A DNA stretch of 64,000 bases from Azolla caroliniana. Taxonomy: Eukaryota > Plantae > Polypodiophyta. A program made the translations under genes and the position numbers. Positions within the stretch are counted from its first letter, which is position 1. The number at the start of each line of letters is the position of its first letter. The DNA is taken from the NCBI GenBank assembly GCA_043228905.1, contig JBHGNT010000017.1:7006001-7070000 (forward strand), given 5' to 3'. Shown here in pieces: positions 38,300-52,140 of this stretch. A model generated the notes under the pieces. It was not told the origin of the DNA, searched no databases, and was given only the letters and a program-made list of their open reading frames with translations.

Positions 38300-38865
38300 A
38301 AATCTATTGGAGCTCCTTGGTAATGCTATGAAGTAAAGATAAATTGAAGATAGGTTATTAGAGGCAGTAAGGATGGAGAGGCAAGATGCTAAAAAGCAAA
38401 AATTGGACTATTACATTGCAAATATTAACCCCAATACGAGAAAAAATTGCCATAACATATCAAATCGCATCTATTACCCCCGTTAGCCTTGCCTCTTGGA
38501 GACTATAACACTTCTTTGAACTCACTCACACAAGTTAGCTTGAGATAGCATCATGACATCATTAGGCAGACATGAAGATGTGCAACGTGTGCAATGAAAA
38601 CCTAATGGTGGATGAATATCACTTACTTATCACATGCTCGATGTATAAGGTAATTCGCGAGAAATATAATGACTTGTTAAATGGGCATGATAATGTGAGT
38701 GTCATACGCAAATTTCTATCGAGAAAGGCGAACATATATATGCATACATTATTTTCACATTGAGAGTTTTTACTACAGATAAGAAACCCCCCTCTTAGGA
38801 AAGGAGACACATAGGTCAAATTTGGCCTCATCATGGACAATAAAATTTCTATTCTATTCTATTCT
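38300..38865 (+). mobile_element. 3' end of a LINE (RTEX/CR1-like) with C-terminal zinc finger and (ATTCT)n tail
   Basis: CNVCNENLMVDEYHLLITC motif, then AATAAA (38839) and TTCTATTCTATTCTATTCT. The left boundary is approximate. Confidence 0.7.
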
Positions 38866-39494
38866 CATGCATTCAAAGATCAAAGAATTAGAAAGCATAG
38901 GTGGCAAGCAAATAATAATAATAAGGTATGATGTGTTAGGTTTATCCTCCCAATCTTAGGGCACACCTTCATATAGTAACCTTTGTAGTAACCCATCACA
39001 AAGGTTAATACACACATATCCATCCACATGCCCACACAAACAACATCGTTGTGTCCATACACACACTCGGAGACATCTTGAAAGGGCCTCATGACAATTA
39101 TAATCGTGGCAAGGCATCGCGACCTAACAAACTCATATGGATTTGTGCAGGTATCACACCAGGCACACACCTTGTGTCCGCATGCCAAGTTGAGTCAATT
39201 GAGAGACCATACTCACATGCCATGCGAGAGATCCAGAACCTGAACACAGAGCATGACTTGATTGGACATTACAAGTTATACACAAACGAAAGGCAAACAT
39301 TGTGGAGCCAATGCTGACGTGCCACATTGTGCTGATGTGGCCACCAAGGAATCCAACGTGTCATGCTTGAATCCATGCTGATGTGGCAACCCCCCCCCCC
39401 CACCCCAACCCCTCAAGAAAAAAAGAACAAATGGATTTTCAAAGAGAAAGAGCTCTATTATTATTATTATTATATGTGATCTAAGTGCGTGGCT

Positions 39495-42400
39495 ATGGAA
39501 GCTCGAATCTGCTGCGTGTGCAGCGACACGTCTACTACTGTGAAGAAGAACCTACGCCAGTATCGCAGACCTTTGTTCGGATCCCCCACACGAAGAAATA
39601 TGTGTTCCATTAGGTCTCAGGTTGATCCACTTTCTTTCTCAGTCTGTGGTTTTCTCTCTAAGTGAATTGATCGAGTACGATTGCCATGGCTGCATTTCTC
39701 TAAATTTTCTGTTAAGATCCTCTCCTTTTCCTCCTTTCAGAAGACGCAGATCCAAGAGAAATCTTCTTCGCTTACTGCTGTCGATTCGGTCCTTCTTAGC
39801 TTGTTCCGAAAGAAAATGGCTCAGGTTTATCATCGTTTCTTCTTGACACCGTTGTCAGTGCTTATTTCTTTTTTTCTGTTTGATGATTCTCGAGAGTTGA
39901 TATCTTGATGATGTAACCCAAAAAAATCCATGTATTTAAGTCTGAAGAAAACATTTCGTGATGCATTTGATGTTTCTTTTATCTCTCTGCTAATGATATT
40001 CTTGATCTTTCACGTTATACTTGTTTTCTGTTTGATGTTTCTTACATTGAGGAAAATAGCAGGTGTCAGGTTTTCTTTTCATTTCCACTGCATAAGATGT
40101 AGTGAAGCAAAAAAAAAAAAAAAATTTGCTTTGTACATTATATAATATAAGAAATTTCATGTCTTCAAGCAACATTACATTGCTGTATTTATTTTCTCGT
40201 CGTCCCATACCTTATACAGCGTGTTTTTTGTGGTGTCATGCGCTATATTGTTTGTTTACTGTTGGAGGCTTCATTAGCTCTCACGCTGAGATAGATGAGG
40301 GTAGTTTTCTTTTCATTCCCTATTGTTGATATTGCATGAGCTGTTTTTAACCAAACATTTTATTGCTCTATTGTTGATATTGCAAGAAATTTCGTCTTGA
40401 AGAAAATTTCTAATTGCTATTGATGTTAGCTCAAGATTTTTTTATTATCTTAAGCAAACCTTTCATTAATTTACTAATGTCATCGCACGAAATTCAGTGT
40501 CTTTGTGCAAACATTTCATATTGCTTTATTGATACTATTGCAATAAATTTATGTCTTGAAGAAAACGTATCATTGCTTTATTGATGCTATCACAAGAAAC
40601 TGTGTCTGAGATGAAGCAACCATTTCATTATTTTAGTGATGCAATGATGAGAAACGCAAGTTTCATTCAGCTAGATATGTTATTCTTTGGCTTCAGATGC
40701 TTTATGCAGTAATTACACAATATTCCATTTGTGTACTCCAACTACCAACTACCATTGTACTTGACATATTGAATTCTTATATTTTTAGCTCTATGTATTA
40801 GTAAATCCACTATTGTTGATTCACATTATGAGTGATATTAGGTGCAAATGAATAGCTTTGAAGATCCTTCCAGGAAGTGGGATGGGATTCACCAAAGCTT
40901 GGATATGATGGCCTCATAGAGATTGCCCGGCATCTTTTCACGAAGAACAAAGATAAAACAGAAGCTGAGGCATCATCTGTAAGTTCACTGAGATATAGGC
41001 TATTTTATATAATATATTGATTTGGATTATATGATATAGAGAGGCTCAGAGATGCCCCCAAGTTTTTCTTTATGTTTGTCTTTATCCCAAACGTCATTGC
41101 TTAACTCCTGAAAGAGAAAAAGGAGATGAATTGACCATATAAGTGCTCAAACAGTAGATGTAATTGATCTTTGAAGGGTTGATGAAGTTACTTAAGAAAG
41201 TAACTAAATCTGAGACATTGAAGAATTATCGAAAAACACAGGGCCGTTTCAGAGTTATTTCATTCCCCATATTATATGAGCCTGATGAAAATTCTCATCT
41301 AGCATGCCCACCTAATCGAGTCCTTGTGTGTTAGGTGCGAATACTAAGGTCTTTATTCCCTCCATTATTACTTCCTTTATTCAAAGTTCTAATTGCTCCT
41401 TTGTTTGGAGGCAAGCCAGCAGCTATTTTAACCGGTAAGAAAACTCCTTCCACCCATTTATTACCATATTTGGAACGCATTCTTGCTGACATTTGAGGTG
41501 AAATGAGTAGCCAGAGTAACTCAAATGACATGTCAGTGGCTAATGGGGCATTGCGAAGTTAATACTGTTGTTCTGCAGGATGGCTCATCTCTTGAAAGTG
41601 GTGTAAGCATATCGCTGACTTCATTTTCTTTTTAAAATACCCCTGAGTCAAGTTTTTCTTTATTTCTTCAAATATGACTGGCTTTTTGTTATTCCCTAAA
41701 TACCCTTGGTCAATTCAGCAATTCTATATTCAATGCATTCTTTTTTTCTCAACCTTGTGCAATTTAGCAATTATATGGGGAAGTCATCTCCTTTTTTTCT
41801 CTTTTGGTGTTGATCAAGGGCGTTTGGGAAAATAATGAAAAATCGGGGCATTTAGGGAAATAAAGAAAAATTAAGGGGGTTTTCCAAGGCTTAACTTTAT
41901 CTTAATAAAATTAATGATAGATTAAGTTGGAATGAATATTTATAGGTTCTTGTTGAGAGGTGTAAGTATCTCGAGGAGAGCAAATGTGCAGGCATCTGCA
42001 TACACACATGTAAAATTCCAAGCCAGGTAATGAATGAATTACATTGTTTTTCTTGAGAATAGACAGGCTTTGGAACTTCTGCAAATCATGATGTGTTTAC
42101 ATATTGGTTTGGTTCCTGATATGAAACAGCCACTCTTGAGGTTTTCAAGTGACTGATCTCATTTTAGGAATGCTTAGGATTAACAATCGGCAACGGTTCA
42201 GTTTGAACCGAACCAAACCGTGGAACCACGACTTAATGGTTTAAACGTTTTGCTTTTCTTTTTTTTATTTTTTAAAAAATTTGTTAAAAATTTTAAAAAA
42301 TTGTTTTCAACAATCTTTTCATTTTTAGACCTTATTCTCACATTTTAGGAACATCTTTAAAATTTAAAATAATGAAATATTTTAAATTTAAAAAGTAAAA

Positions 42401-43387
42401 AACATAAAATTTGACCTAAGTTGAAAACCAAAACCAAGCCACGAAACCGCGGTTTTAACGGTTTGAAAAAAAATTAACGGTTCAGGTTTCAAAATTTTTA
42501 AACGGTTCGGTTTTGACCCTCTCAAACCGAACCGAACCGAACCGTTGCTGATTTTCACTTAGGATTACAGGTTTGCATGTGCCACCCTGATCTGCAACAA
42601 TTATGGATGAGAACTAAACATAGATTTCATACACAGATGCTGTAGGATGTAGGCAACAAGCTACTATTGTGATTATATCGTCCTTTAATAGTTTTTCATG
42701 GTGATCTTCTCAAACAATAGACATTAGGCAATATTGGCTGAATACTCTTGGGCACATTTTTACTCAATATTAAGTTTATCTATAGGGATTTTCCTTGTGA
42801 ATGATCGCACTTATGAGCATTTTGCAATAATCCCACATGTTTTGCAGACTTTCATCACAGATTACATGGGTGTTCCATTAACAATGGAACCCAACTTTGA
42901 AGACTACAGCTGCCAGGTAATGAATCCTTGGAAATGTGATTACAATGAATAATGTGGGAAGAACTTATATTCCAGCATTAGTTATGTAAAAGAAAAAAAT
43001 TCCCAAATATCCCTGAGTTTTATTTTATTTCCCTAAGATGCCTCAAAGGTTTCATTTTTTTGGAAGGTGCTGTTTTGAAGTTTTTCCCTTTTGTAATTCG
43101 CATTTAGTTTCACATCCTTAGTTTGAGTCTTGGGTTAAACACTAGGATTTGGGACTGGACATACAAGGTGTTTAAGCAACAACCATATTCGTGGTTGCTT
43201 TCTAGCTTCTTTTGTGTCCCTATTTAATTCTACTCCATTTTTACAGTTTAAATTTGGGATGGAAGCTCCTCCTCGTAAAGACGATGCAAGCTTGAAGACA
43301 AATTGTCTGGATATTTGTCCATATGCTTCATCTCACTCTAAATCTGCGACATCTGGACGTTGTCCACAAGTATTGGATAATCTGTAA
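39495..43387 (+). CDS. D27L2: Beta-carotene isomerase D27-like protein (DUF4033; D27-LIKE2 type), ~265 aa; exons 39495-39620, 39741-39824, 40874-40978, 41335-41434, 41511-41602, 41946-42026, 42848-42916, 43247-43387
   Basis: All introns are GT-AG and the frame is open throughout. Motifs LFRKKMAQEVGWDSPKLGYDGLIE, VRILRSLFPP, ARVTQMTCQWLMG, VERCKYLEESKCAGICIHTCKIPSQTF, MGVPLTMEPNFEDYSCQFKFG. The N-terminus is S/T/R-rich and transit-peptide-like. Subclade assignment is from remembered similarity to At4g01995. Confidence 0.92.
41634..41887. mobile_element. Mutator-like MITE (long imperfect inverted repeats) in D27-like intron 5
   Basis: TTTTTCTTTATTTC...CCCTTGGTCAA is mirrored by TTGATCAAGGG...GAAATAAAGAAAAA. 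A related fragment lies at ~42990-43090. Confidence 0.55.
42181..42557. mobile_element. hAT-type MITE in D27-like intron 6 with an 8-bp TSD
   Basis: CTTAGGAT at 42173-42180 and 42558-42565. Imperfect TIRs TAACAATCGGCAACGGTTC / GAACCGTTGCTGATTTTCA. AACCG subterminal repeats. Confidence 0.85.
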
Positions 43388-44016
43388 TTCAAACTGATCT
43401 GATGGATATTAATCATTTATGATCATAATGTTAAACCAAGTGTACGTGTTCTCTATTCATTGAATGTAATGTAAACCATGGATGTAGCACAGGATATTGA
43501 TAATTTTGAACATAACGAACGTCCACGTTCTCTATTCATACTAGTTGTAATATAAAGTGTGAATGTATCTAAAGGATATTTGATTATTCATGAACATAAT
43601 GTTAAAACCAAGTGTACATGCTATGGTTGTTTTTAGTTAGCCTTTCTGCTGGAAAAATTTCAAAGTACATGCAATACCAAATGTAATTACTTGAGACTTA
43701 AATTCCCAACATGTAAAGCACCCAGCGTCATCATTACAATAACTTTGGTCTTTTTATTATTATTATTGGCTTGGTATAGATCATTCTATTATGCACAAAA
43801 AGGGTAGATTGTCAATCAATATGTAAGTTTTCACCTTGCTTTTTATAATTGCCTTAGCTCATATAATTCTGTTACTTACGAAGGGAAATAGCTTGGTCAT
43901 GCTCAGCAAACTGTGAAGGGAACGCATTCTGTTTGTCTAAAGGTGTCAATGTTTCTTGTAGGGTATGGTCATGTTAAAATTACAAGACAAGAGGTGAGTT
44001 AGAATAAACATTAGGC

Positions 44017-44093
44017 AGTTCATACTAATATATTTTAAAGAGAGGTTCATACTAATATATTTTAAAGAGAGGTTCATACTAATATATTTTAAA
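44017..44093. repeat. 27-bp tandem repeat, ~3 copies
   Basis: GTTCATACTAATATATTTTAAAGAGAG repeated. Confidence 0.85.
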
Positions 44094-47000
44094 ACTACTT
44101 TAGCTTCATAATCGATAGTGAAATGATTGGTTCCCTTTTTCCGTTGCAACTCAAAATCTATATTATTTTCACTTTGTAGTGCTTGTTGCTCTACATCCCT
44201 CCAAACCCTAATCTTTTGAAAACTTAGAAAAGCTCAAACTTCTTAGTGCACATTACTTTTTCAACGTACAGTAGAATTATATTATTGCTCTATATATTGT
44301 ATATAAAATATTGTGAGCGTATCACAATTATTTGATATGTCAATTGCTAGTTCAGGTCATCCTAGTTCTTTGTGCATGCTATGATTTTATGTTTAACGCG
44401 AGGTCAAGGATAGTATGTAGGTGTGTATAGTGAACGTTGGACTAGAGGTGACATTTTGTTATTACATTGAAGTCCTTCATGTTTTTAAAAGCTCAAATCA
44501 TGTAAGTCTCCTACATCTATTATATGTGAATAATTTGTTGTCGCATTGCCTAAATGTTTATTGGAGGATTGGAGGACATAAGTGTAAGCATGTTGTGCAT
44601 ACGAATGCCATTTTTACGTAATCAAGTGTAACAATTCAACTCAACCATTACATGCAAAAAGGCTAAAGCACAATGTGATCATTGCCCGATGTTTTTATAA
44701 CCTTCAAACCATAAAAGAATAGTTATCTATGGATTTTAAATTCTTAATCGTACAAATGTATCTTACCGAGACAAGTAGATTGATTAATAACTTCTTCCTT
44801 CTTAAATGTAGGCAATCACACAACTTTCAAATTCGGGTTTTCAAAAATCATACGATGTAGTGTTAATAATTTAATAGCGATGCTCAACATGTCCATTATG
44901 TCCAAATACCAACGTACACATAACATCACTTGCGCATTTTCGTTGAGAAGTGAGGGCCGTTGTATTCATATCGGCTTTCTTAAAAAGTAGTCTATTGTTT
45001 TTAGAAGCCTAATTTTGAAAAGTTATTTGTAAAACCAATATTTCAGGATGAAAACAATCATTAGAACCTTGCTCTTTAAAAGGACTAATCTTTTTTAAAG
45101 AGGTTGCACTTTCATCATCCTATGTGCATAATCTCTAGATTGGAATAATAATGAAGGGAATAATGGTGGCTTTACAATGTTGAAATGAATGGCACTACCA
45201 CATAAAAGGAAAAACACTATACTCGAAATCAAACATAATATCAACTTTGTAATTACTCATGATCTTTGATTTTCTTCTTTGATCACCTTGAAGTGGTGAC
45301 GTATCCTTTGATTGTTTGTCAATATAAATGCATAATGAGATATCTTTCAAAGTAATGTGCAAGAAACCTATATCATATCCTAGATGGAGAGGTTGATGGT
45401 CACACAAGATGTAAAAACAGAACATCATCATTTCTTTACTTGCAAAAGTACTTGTTGCATTATAATTTTGCATAGAGCATATGTTAGTGAGATGTTGCTA
45501 CATATTCTTTGTATGATACACAATAACCATAAGCTTACTCATCATGGCATTCATGTGATAATATTGTCCTTTTACAACGGAATATGTGTCCGGATAGAAC
45601 ATAAAGACCTTCCATTGGGCATGTGATGTTATGATGTTTGTATGTTATAGTCTAACAAGTGGATAATCATCTTACTATTCTAACTTGCCAAAAGTGAATT
45701 TCTACTAGCACACATGTCTTAGCCTTTATTGAAAATTGGATGTCTACATGAGTGATTTGGTCTACTAGCGATTATTTTTACGTGACCTTGTAAAAAGTGT
45801 GCACCTTTATCTTTCTTTCCCCTTCCATTCTTCTTACATAGCCTACTAGAAAAGTGTACTCACATGTTACTCTTTAACTTTTTCGTACTCGAGATTCGAA
45901 GAAATAAAGCATCCCAATTTGTCGTTTCATCTACTTTTCCAGAGAAATACATAGAATGTGCGACAAGGATACATCCTCAAGCAAGCTTCTCCAAACATAC
46001 AAATAGTTTTTAACTTCCCAAATGTTTAACATAATTATACAATCAAAACAAAATTTGATTCCCAAGTCAAAACATTGGATCAATGTTGATCAATCATAGA
46101 TTATACATGATTAGAGAGTTGTAGATAAAGGACATGTTTCAATTGAAGAGGATGCAAAATAGAAATGTGCTTCATACTAACACTCTCTTGTAAAACATGG
46201 TAGTTGCAACATCCAATCGAGTTCAACCACCCTTCACTTCTAAAAAGCATCAACATTTGCGTCTTTAGTGTTTCAAATTTTGATTACATGGATTGGAATT
46301 TGAATAATGCTTCTTTGATTTCCATATGCACTAACATCCACTATTGTATCTCAGCATTTTCTTGCATGAACATTCTTACCTAACCTCATGAACCTTTGGT
46401 TTATACGCATGAATGTAATGTTCTTACAACTACATAATTTCAAACATCTCAACTTTCAAATGCAATATCAATATACATGGTTTCACAAAGTACAAGAAAT
46501 GGAAAATGGTTGTCAAGCATGGGCCATCTCATATTCATGGACAACATAACATAGTTGTTTTATGGTTTAAAATGTGGTTGACCTTGTAAATAACAAAAAC
46601 CAATATGCACAAATTGTCAATCATTTGTTGGTCTTGTGTTCAAGTATTGCATGACAGAATTTTATTATTGGCTTGCAACTCCAATCATTCATGCCCATCT
46701 AACCCCTTCAACTACTTATCATAATCCTCTCACTTGGTTTTGCTTGAGCTGAACACTCTCACCTGACAACTTGGTATACTGAAGCACCTCTTTAACTATC
46801 AAAGCTATTGAAATTCACAACTGTTTGACAAAGTTGGTGAGCAACACCGACTTTTTCAATTCCTACACCAAAGGCAGCAAAAATCATAAAAGTTATATTT
46901 CATCTCTATAAATAAAACAGTGATGCTAACTTTATGATTTATACCAACCTTTGCAAGAGTTGATTGTGGATATAATATTTTGGAGAACAAAGCACTCACG

Positions 47001-47497
47001 AAACCAAAAAGCTTTCGGCCACATAAACTAAGTGTGTTCTCACACATTCATGAGTGGAATTAGGAGCACAACTATGAGTTACATTCAATCATTTGCATGC
47101 ACAAACCATAACTGCAATTAAGAGCTTTCTTCATCCTAAGCTCGTTTTTATCTTGTGTTAAATCTCCTAAATACGCATTTGTAGGGGCATCTTGTGTTAA
47201 ATCTCCTAAATATGCACATGTGCACCACACACGTCTTGGATAAGATTTGACCCGTAGCAAATGGACTTGCCTCTAGTTTTCTTTGTCTTGCATGTGGTTG
47301 TGTATAGATGCATGGAGGTAAGCAAAGGATATGGAAGTCCTATTCTATAAGTGGCCTTTGTAAAAAATGATAAGAAACAAAAAGATCAACAAGATTCTGG
47401 ATAAAAGTGAGACCCAAAAAATCAAATAATGGCATTAGCTAGATAGATAAGAGGGTGCTGAGGGAAAGAAATGAGTGGCCAAAATAGGTTTTGGGGC

Positions 47498-50362
47498 TTA
47501 GAGAAGATTGTTCTGCCATGTAAACACAATAGGGCTATGCACATTATGCCTCCCATCTGACCATACAAGGCTGCCAAATGTGGAGTCGCTCTCTCCAGGA
47601 CTCATCCTTTTGGAGCTTGTTTTGCATGTCACCCTATAGACCTTCCTCTCGTATAACCTTGTAAATGAAAGTGTCGTGGGCTCTATTTCCATAGCTACCC
47701 CTGGTGGTGGCGTAGCACTCACACTATAGGTAGATTCACCTCTCCCAACATTGGTCACAACTCTAGTTATAGTTGAGCTATACCTAGAGGTATTCCCATC
47801 TTGATTGTATACAAATGATAGTGATGGGTAGTTGAGATTCCCTGGTATCTTTGTTTCCCGTGAGCAATTGTAGTGCCCCTTGGTGAACAAAGCCAACCAT
47901 GTGTCGGAATAGTTGAGACCGCATAGGAAGTCAACATAATCTTGTGTGTGTAGGTCGTAGACGAGACCTGGGTAGAGTGCTCTAATGGGGTCCACGTGTC
48001 CAGACCCAAAAGCGAATGGCGTGGACATGTTAGAATCCGACCCGTCCAGCAATAAACTGCCGGTGTTATCGATACTGAAAGCAGTGGTCATTAGGGCAGA
48101 CTTGACCGCAGCCGGGCTCCAACTCGGGTGGGCAGCCTTCACTAGGGCCGAGAGGCCGCTCACATGTGGACACGACATCGAAGTCCCAGACATTATGTTG
48201 AACTCGACAACCCTGTCATCACCAGGTAGCTCGGTGGGGCCCATCTTGCTTGTCCACGCGGCCAGTATGTTCACACCTGGAGCCGTTATGTCGGGTTTGA
48301 GAATCTCGGGATTCGCCGGGTTAGGACCCCGAGACGAAAATGCCGCCATCACTGGCGCAGGGCGGACACCGAGGACCGTGCCCGAGAAGATTATGCTGGC
48401 TGTCGGGTTCGCATTTGCTGACTGCTTTATGTAGTCCTTGATCACGACCCCCGCCTCGTAGCCAACGAGAGTGGCAGGCAAAACATGGCTATCGGCGATG
48501 AGCTCCTCCCCGTTCAATTGTGCATTAGCGAGAATCATTCCTGCTCCTCCGGCTTCTTTCACTACCATGCCTTTCGAGGCGCGCGCACTGATACCTCGGT
48601 CGCAAAGCACGATCTTTCCCTTCACTTTTTCGGGATCTAATGTACCTTGCATGCATAGGTTCGCACTGCCATTGCTTCCTGGCAAGCCGACGTCCCCGGC
48701 GTAGACCAAGGGTATCTGCACCGTAATGAAAGAGAACACAACCATGGAACCCATGTCTCAAGCTCAACATGAAGATACAAAGGCCAGATATTAAAATGCC
48801 ACACAAATTAAAAGAAATATGTGGACAAATGAATGTCTTTATTTTTGTGCAATGCACACAAGATGAATGCATATATTTGCGATTAGATCTCGTCAATGCC
48901 GATCCTTTCGGTTGCAAAAATGTGAATGTTAGGAATTTTGGTCTTAAATATGGTATGCAAATCATGGGCCAGGTGATGCTTCACTAATCATCACAAAAAA
49001 ATTGAATGCAAAAATATAAGTAGCCATTTTCAAATAGAATGCCACCAAGAGAGATCCTAGTTGCCAGCAAAAAATTGTGTGCTTAAGGTTTGGTAGGTGT
49101 AGTAAGTAGGACAGGGTTTCTTTTGCATGGTATAATTTCTTTCTCTTTACCTGTCTATCCCCGAGTTCGTGTCCATCATAGAGTGAGACTCCTCGGTACG
49201 AGACGGCATGATGAGGGAGCTTGACAGTGGCCGGGAAGTCGCGGTCAAGTGTGGACGCGGCCACGGTGAATAGCCACGGTGCCACGTTGGTGATAGACTG
49301 CGGGGACGGGCCTGCATTCCCCGCAGATGTCGTGACCAAGATGCCCCTCTCCATGGCCGCGAAGCCCCCGATTGCGATCGGGTCCAAGAAGTACGGGAGC
49401 ACGCCCCCTCCGATGGAGAGAGAGATGATGTCCACCCCGTCCAGGATCGCTCGTTCGAACGCGGCCAAAAGGTCGGAATTGAAGCAACCTCCTTTCCAGC
49501 AGACTTTGTAGGCGGCGAGCCGTGCGGCTGGGGCCATGCCGCGGGCGTCTCCAGGGGCTGACCCGAGGAGGCCGGCGTGCCGGACGTGGGCCCCGGTTGC
49601 CGTGGACGCGGTGTGGGTTCCGTGGCCTTGGCTATCCCTAGCCGATCTATACTCATCCGAGGCATTCATGGGGCCGACCGCGGCCTCGTAGCCCTTGTAG
49701 AAGGCGCGCGCCCCGATCAGCTTCTTGTTGCAAAGGGCCCTAGGGTCATCGAACCCGGGGCCCGCTTCGCACTCGCCTCTCCACCGGGCGGGCACGGGCC
49801 CGAGGCCCGAGTCGCCAAAGCTCCTCCTCTCGGGCCACACCCCGGAGTCCATGATGCCCACGATGACGTCATGCCCATAGCGGGAGTCCGGCCACGGGCC
49901 AGAGGAGGTGTTGAGCCCTAGGAATTGTGGGGTGCGGGTTGTGTGGAGGCGGCACGTGGCCTCGTCCGGGACCACCGACAGAACGCCGCCCATCTTCTTC
50001 AGCGTCTCGGCTTCACGGCTCGAGAGCTTGGCTGCGAAGCCATGGAAGACGGAGGAGTAGGTGTAGAGGGGCCCGTGCAGGTCCGCGTCGTAGTCGCCAT
50101 GGAGGTCCAGTCCTCTGCTCTCTGCTAGGGTGGACGCGAACCACTGTGAGTCGTCCGCGAATGGAGATGGCCGCTCCGACCGCGCCACATGGACAAGGTA
50201 CAAAGAAGATGTGTCGGCCGAAGAAGAAGATGAAGAAGGAGAAGGAAAGAGAGCAAGCAGAAGAACAAGAAAGATGGAGGGGGTGCAGAGGAAGTGGGAG
50301 GAGGGGGGAGAAGGCATTTTGCAGAAGAGGAAAGGCAAGAGCTTTCCTTTGTTGCCAAGCAT
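47498..50362 (-). CDS. Subtilisin-like serine protease (S8A, SBT1-like), ~794-809 aa; exons 50362 (or 50317)-49151 and 48715-47498
   Basis: Signal peptide, I9 prodomain (YTYSSVFHGFAAKLS), LHTTRTPQFLGL, catalytic triad VGIMDSG / HGTHTAST / SGTSMSCPHVSG, PA domain, KPDITAPGVNILAAW, Fn3-like C-terminus. One phase-0 GT-AG intron at 49150-48716. Confidence 0.96.
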
Positions 50363-50592
50363 TTTAGTTGCTGCGGCTATGGCATGGAGAATGTGTGTGT
50401 CTGTGTCTGTGAGAGAGAGAGAGAGAGAGCAGAGAGCAGAGAGAGCAGAGAGAGCAGAGATATTCCTTTTCCTCTTTTATCTATGGATATATATTGGGAA
50501 AGGCTGTCTCTGACAAAAGGGAGAAAAAAAGTGAAAGGGAAATCACAGAACCACCATGGTTCTCTGTTCTGTTCTGCTCTGTTCTACTCTTG

Positions 50593-50625
<33 letters not shown>

Positions 50626-51650
50626 GTGTCATGTTTCTCCTAATTCCTCCGACTACCCTCCCACAATTTCTGAAATATTACAAAATTGCCCTTCCGTCTT
50701 CCGTCTTCTCCATCCAATACCCCCGAAAGTGTCCCCGGGAGCACACACGAAGAAGAATATATATTCTAGACTTCATCTTCTTTAGCTCCACGCTCGCGAC
50801 CATCAAACATGAAAGCATATTCCGCATACTCCAATTATGTTGTAACCCCACAACGTAAGAATCGGAATATGATCTCCACCTCCTCATTCGAACCATTCTG
50901 AACACACTCTTGAGTATAGACCCATTTGTGTGTTGGCCTCGAGTAACAATGTGTCAAAACTTGCCAAATCTCTAGTATCTACTTCCCAAATAGTATATGA
51001 AATACGACATTCAACCTATGCGTATTGTCTTCCAATGGAATGGTACAAAAGAATCGTGCAACTCATCCTGATCCTCACTTTCTTTAAGGTTGAACATAAT
51101 GGTAACCTCCCAATCATCACTCTCCAAATAAATTACATTATCACGAAAATGGTAATTGGGAATGTTAACTACATTGTAACATTTTTCACCATCTTAAATC
51201 TAACTTACATCCATTCCACTCCATCTTTCCTTTCTCTCATAGCTACGATAATGAAACCATGCAATGATAATACAATATATCCGTTGTGACCTATAACAAA
51301 ATTCACACACCCAAGGAGTTTTATATGTAGGCCTCGATAAAGATCCATCATCCATGCAATAAAGTTATACTTTATAACTTTTCCCAAATAAATCCATAAA
51401 TTGGGGGAACTCATATTGAAAATTTAGCAATCTTCAAATTCTAGCAATTGTTGAGATTCTATAAAAACATAGGTCACGAGGCTTGTGCCATACATTCTCC
51501 TCTAGAAGGAATATGCAAACCCACAATACATGTTGCAAGAGACGATAACATATAAGATGATAACAAATAACAATGGACTAAGAGGGCATCCTTGTCACAT
51601 TGATCTAACGAGAAAGATTATTTGAGTGACTCTACTCTTAAGTCTCACAC

Positions 51651-51950
51651 AAGATTTTGCATTTTGACCAAGTAGAAAAATAACTCGTGGCATACAAGGT
51701 CCAAAACTCATACTATGCATCGCTCAAGATGTTGCATTTTGACCAAGTAGAAAAATAACTCGTGGCATACAAGGTCCAAAACTCATACTATGCATCGCTC
51801 AAGATGTTGCATTTTGACCAAGTAGAAAAATAACTCGTGGCATACAACGTTCAAAACTCATACTATGCATCGCTAAAGATGTTGCATTTTGACCAAGTTG
51901 AAAAATAACTCATGGCGTACTAGGTCCAAAACTCATACTATATGCATCAC
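51651..51950. repeat. 75-bp minisatellite, ~4 copies, ~1.3 kb upstream of the subtilase
   Basis: GCATTTTGACCAAG recurs at 51659, 51734, 51809 and 51884. Confidence 0.93.
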
Positions 51951-52140
51951 TCCTATGACCAATTAATATGGCCATATGTTTTTTTCCCAAATCCAATTGC
52001 ACCATAATCACTTTTTGATTTGTATCTAGAGCATAATTTGTAGTCATTTAAACATTCAATACATTATGTAATAAATTTATACTTGTTGTGAACCATACTA
52101 AGTTAGGTGAATAAGTTAAGACAAATATTTATTGCTAATG

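Noticed and set aside
44700-46900. Possible decayed DNA transposase (hAT/MULE)
   Set aside because: Only vague motif echoes, with no ORF, TIR or TSD that I could support.
5335-50362. Biosynthetic gene cluster (BAHD, D27-like, subtilase)
   Set aside because: No shared pathway is evident, and the BAHD gene is 32 kb away across TE nests.
51651-51950. Possible CRISPR-like array
   Set aside because: The units are contiguous with no unique spacers, the context is eukaryotic and there are no cas genes.
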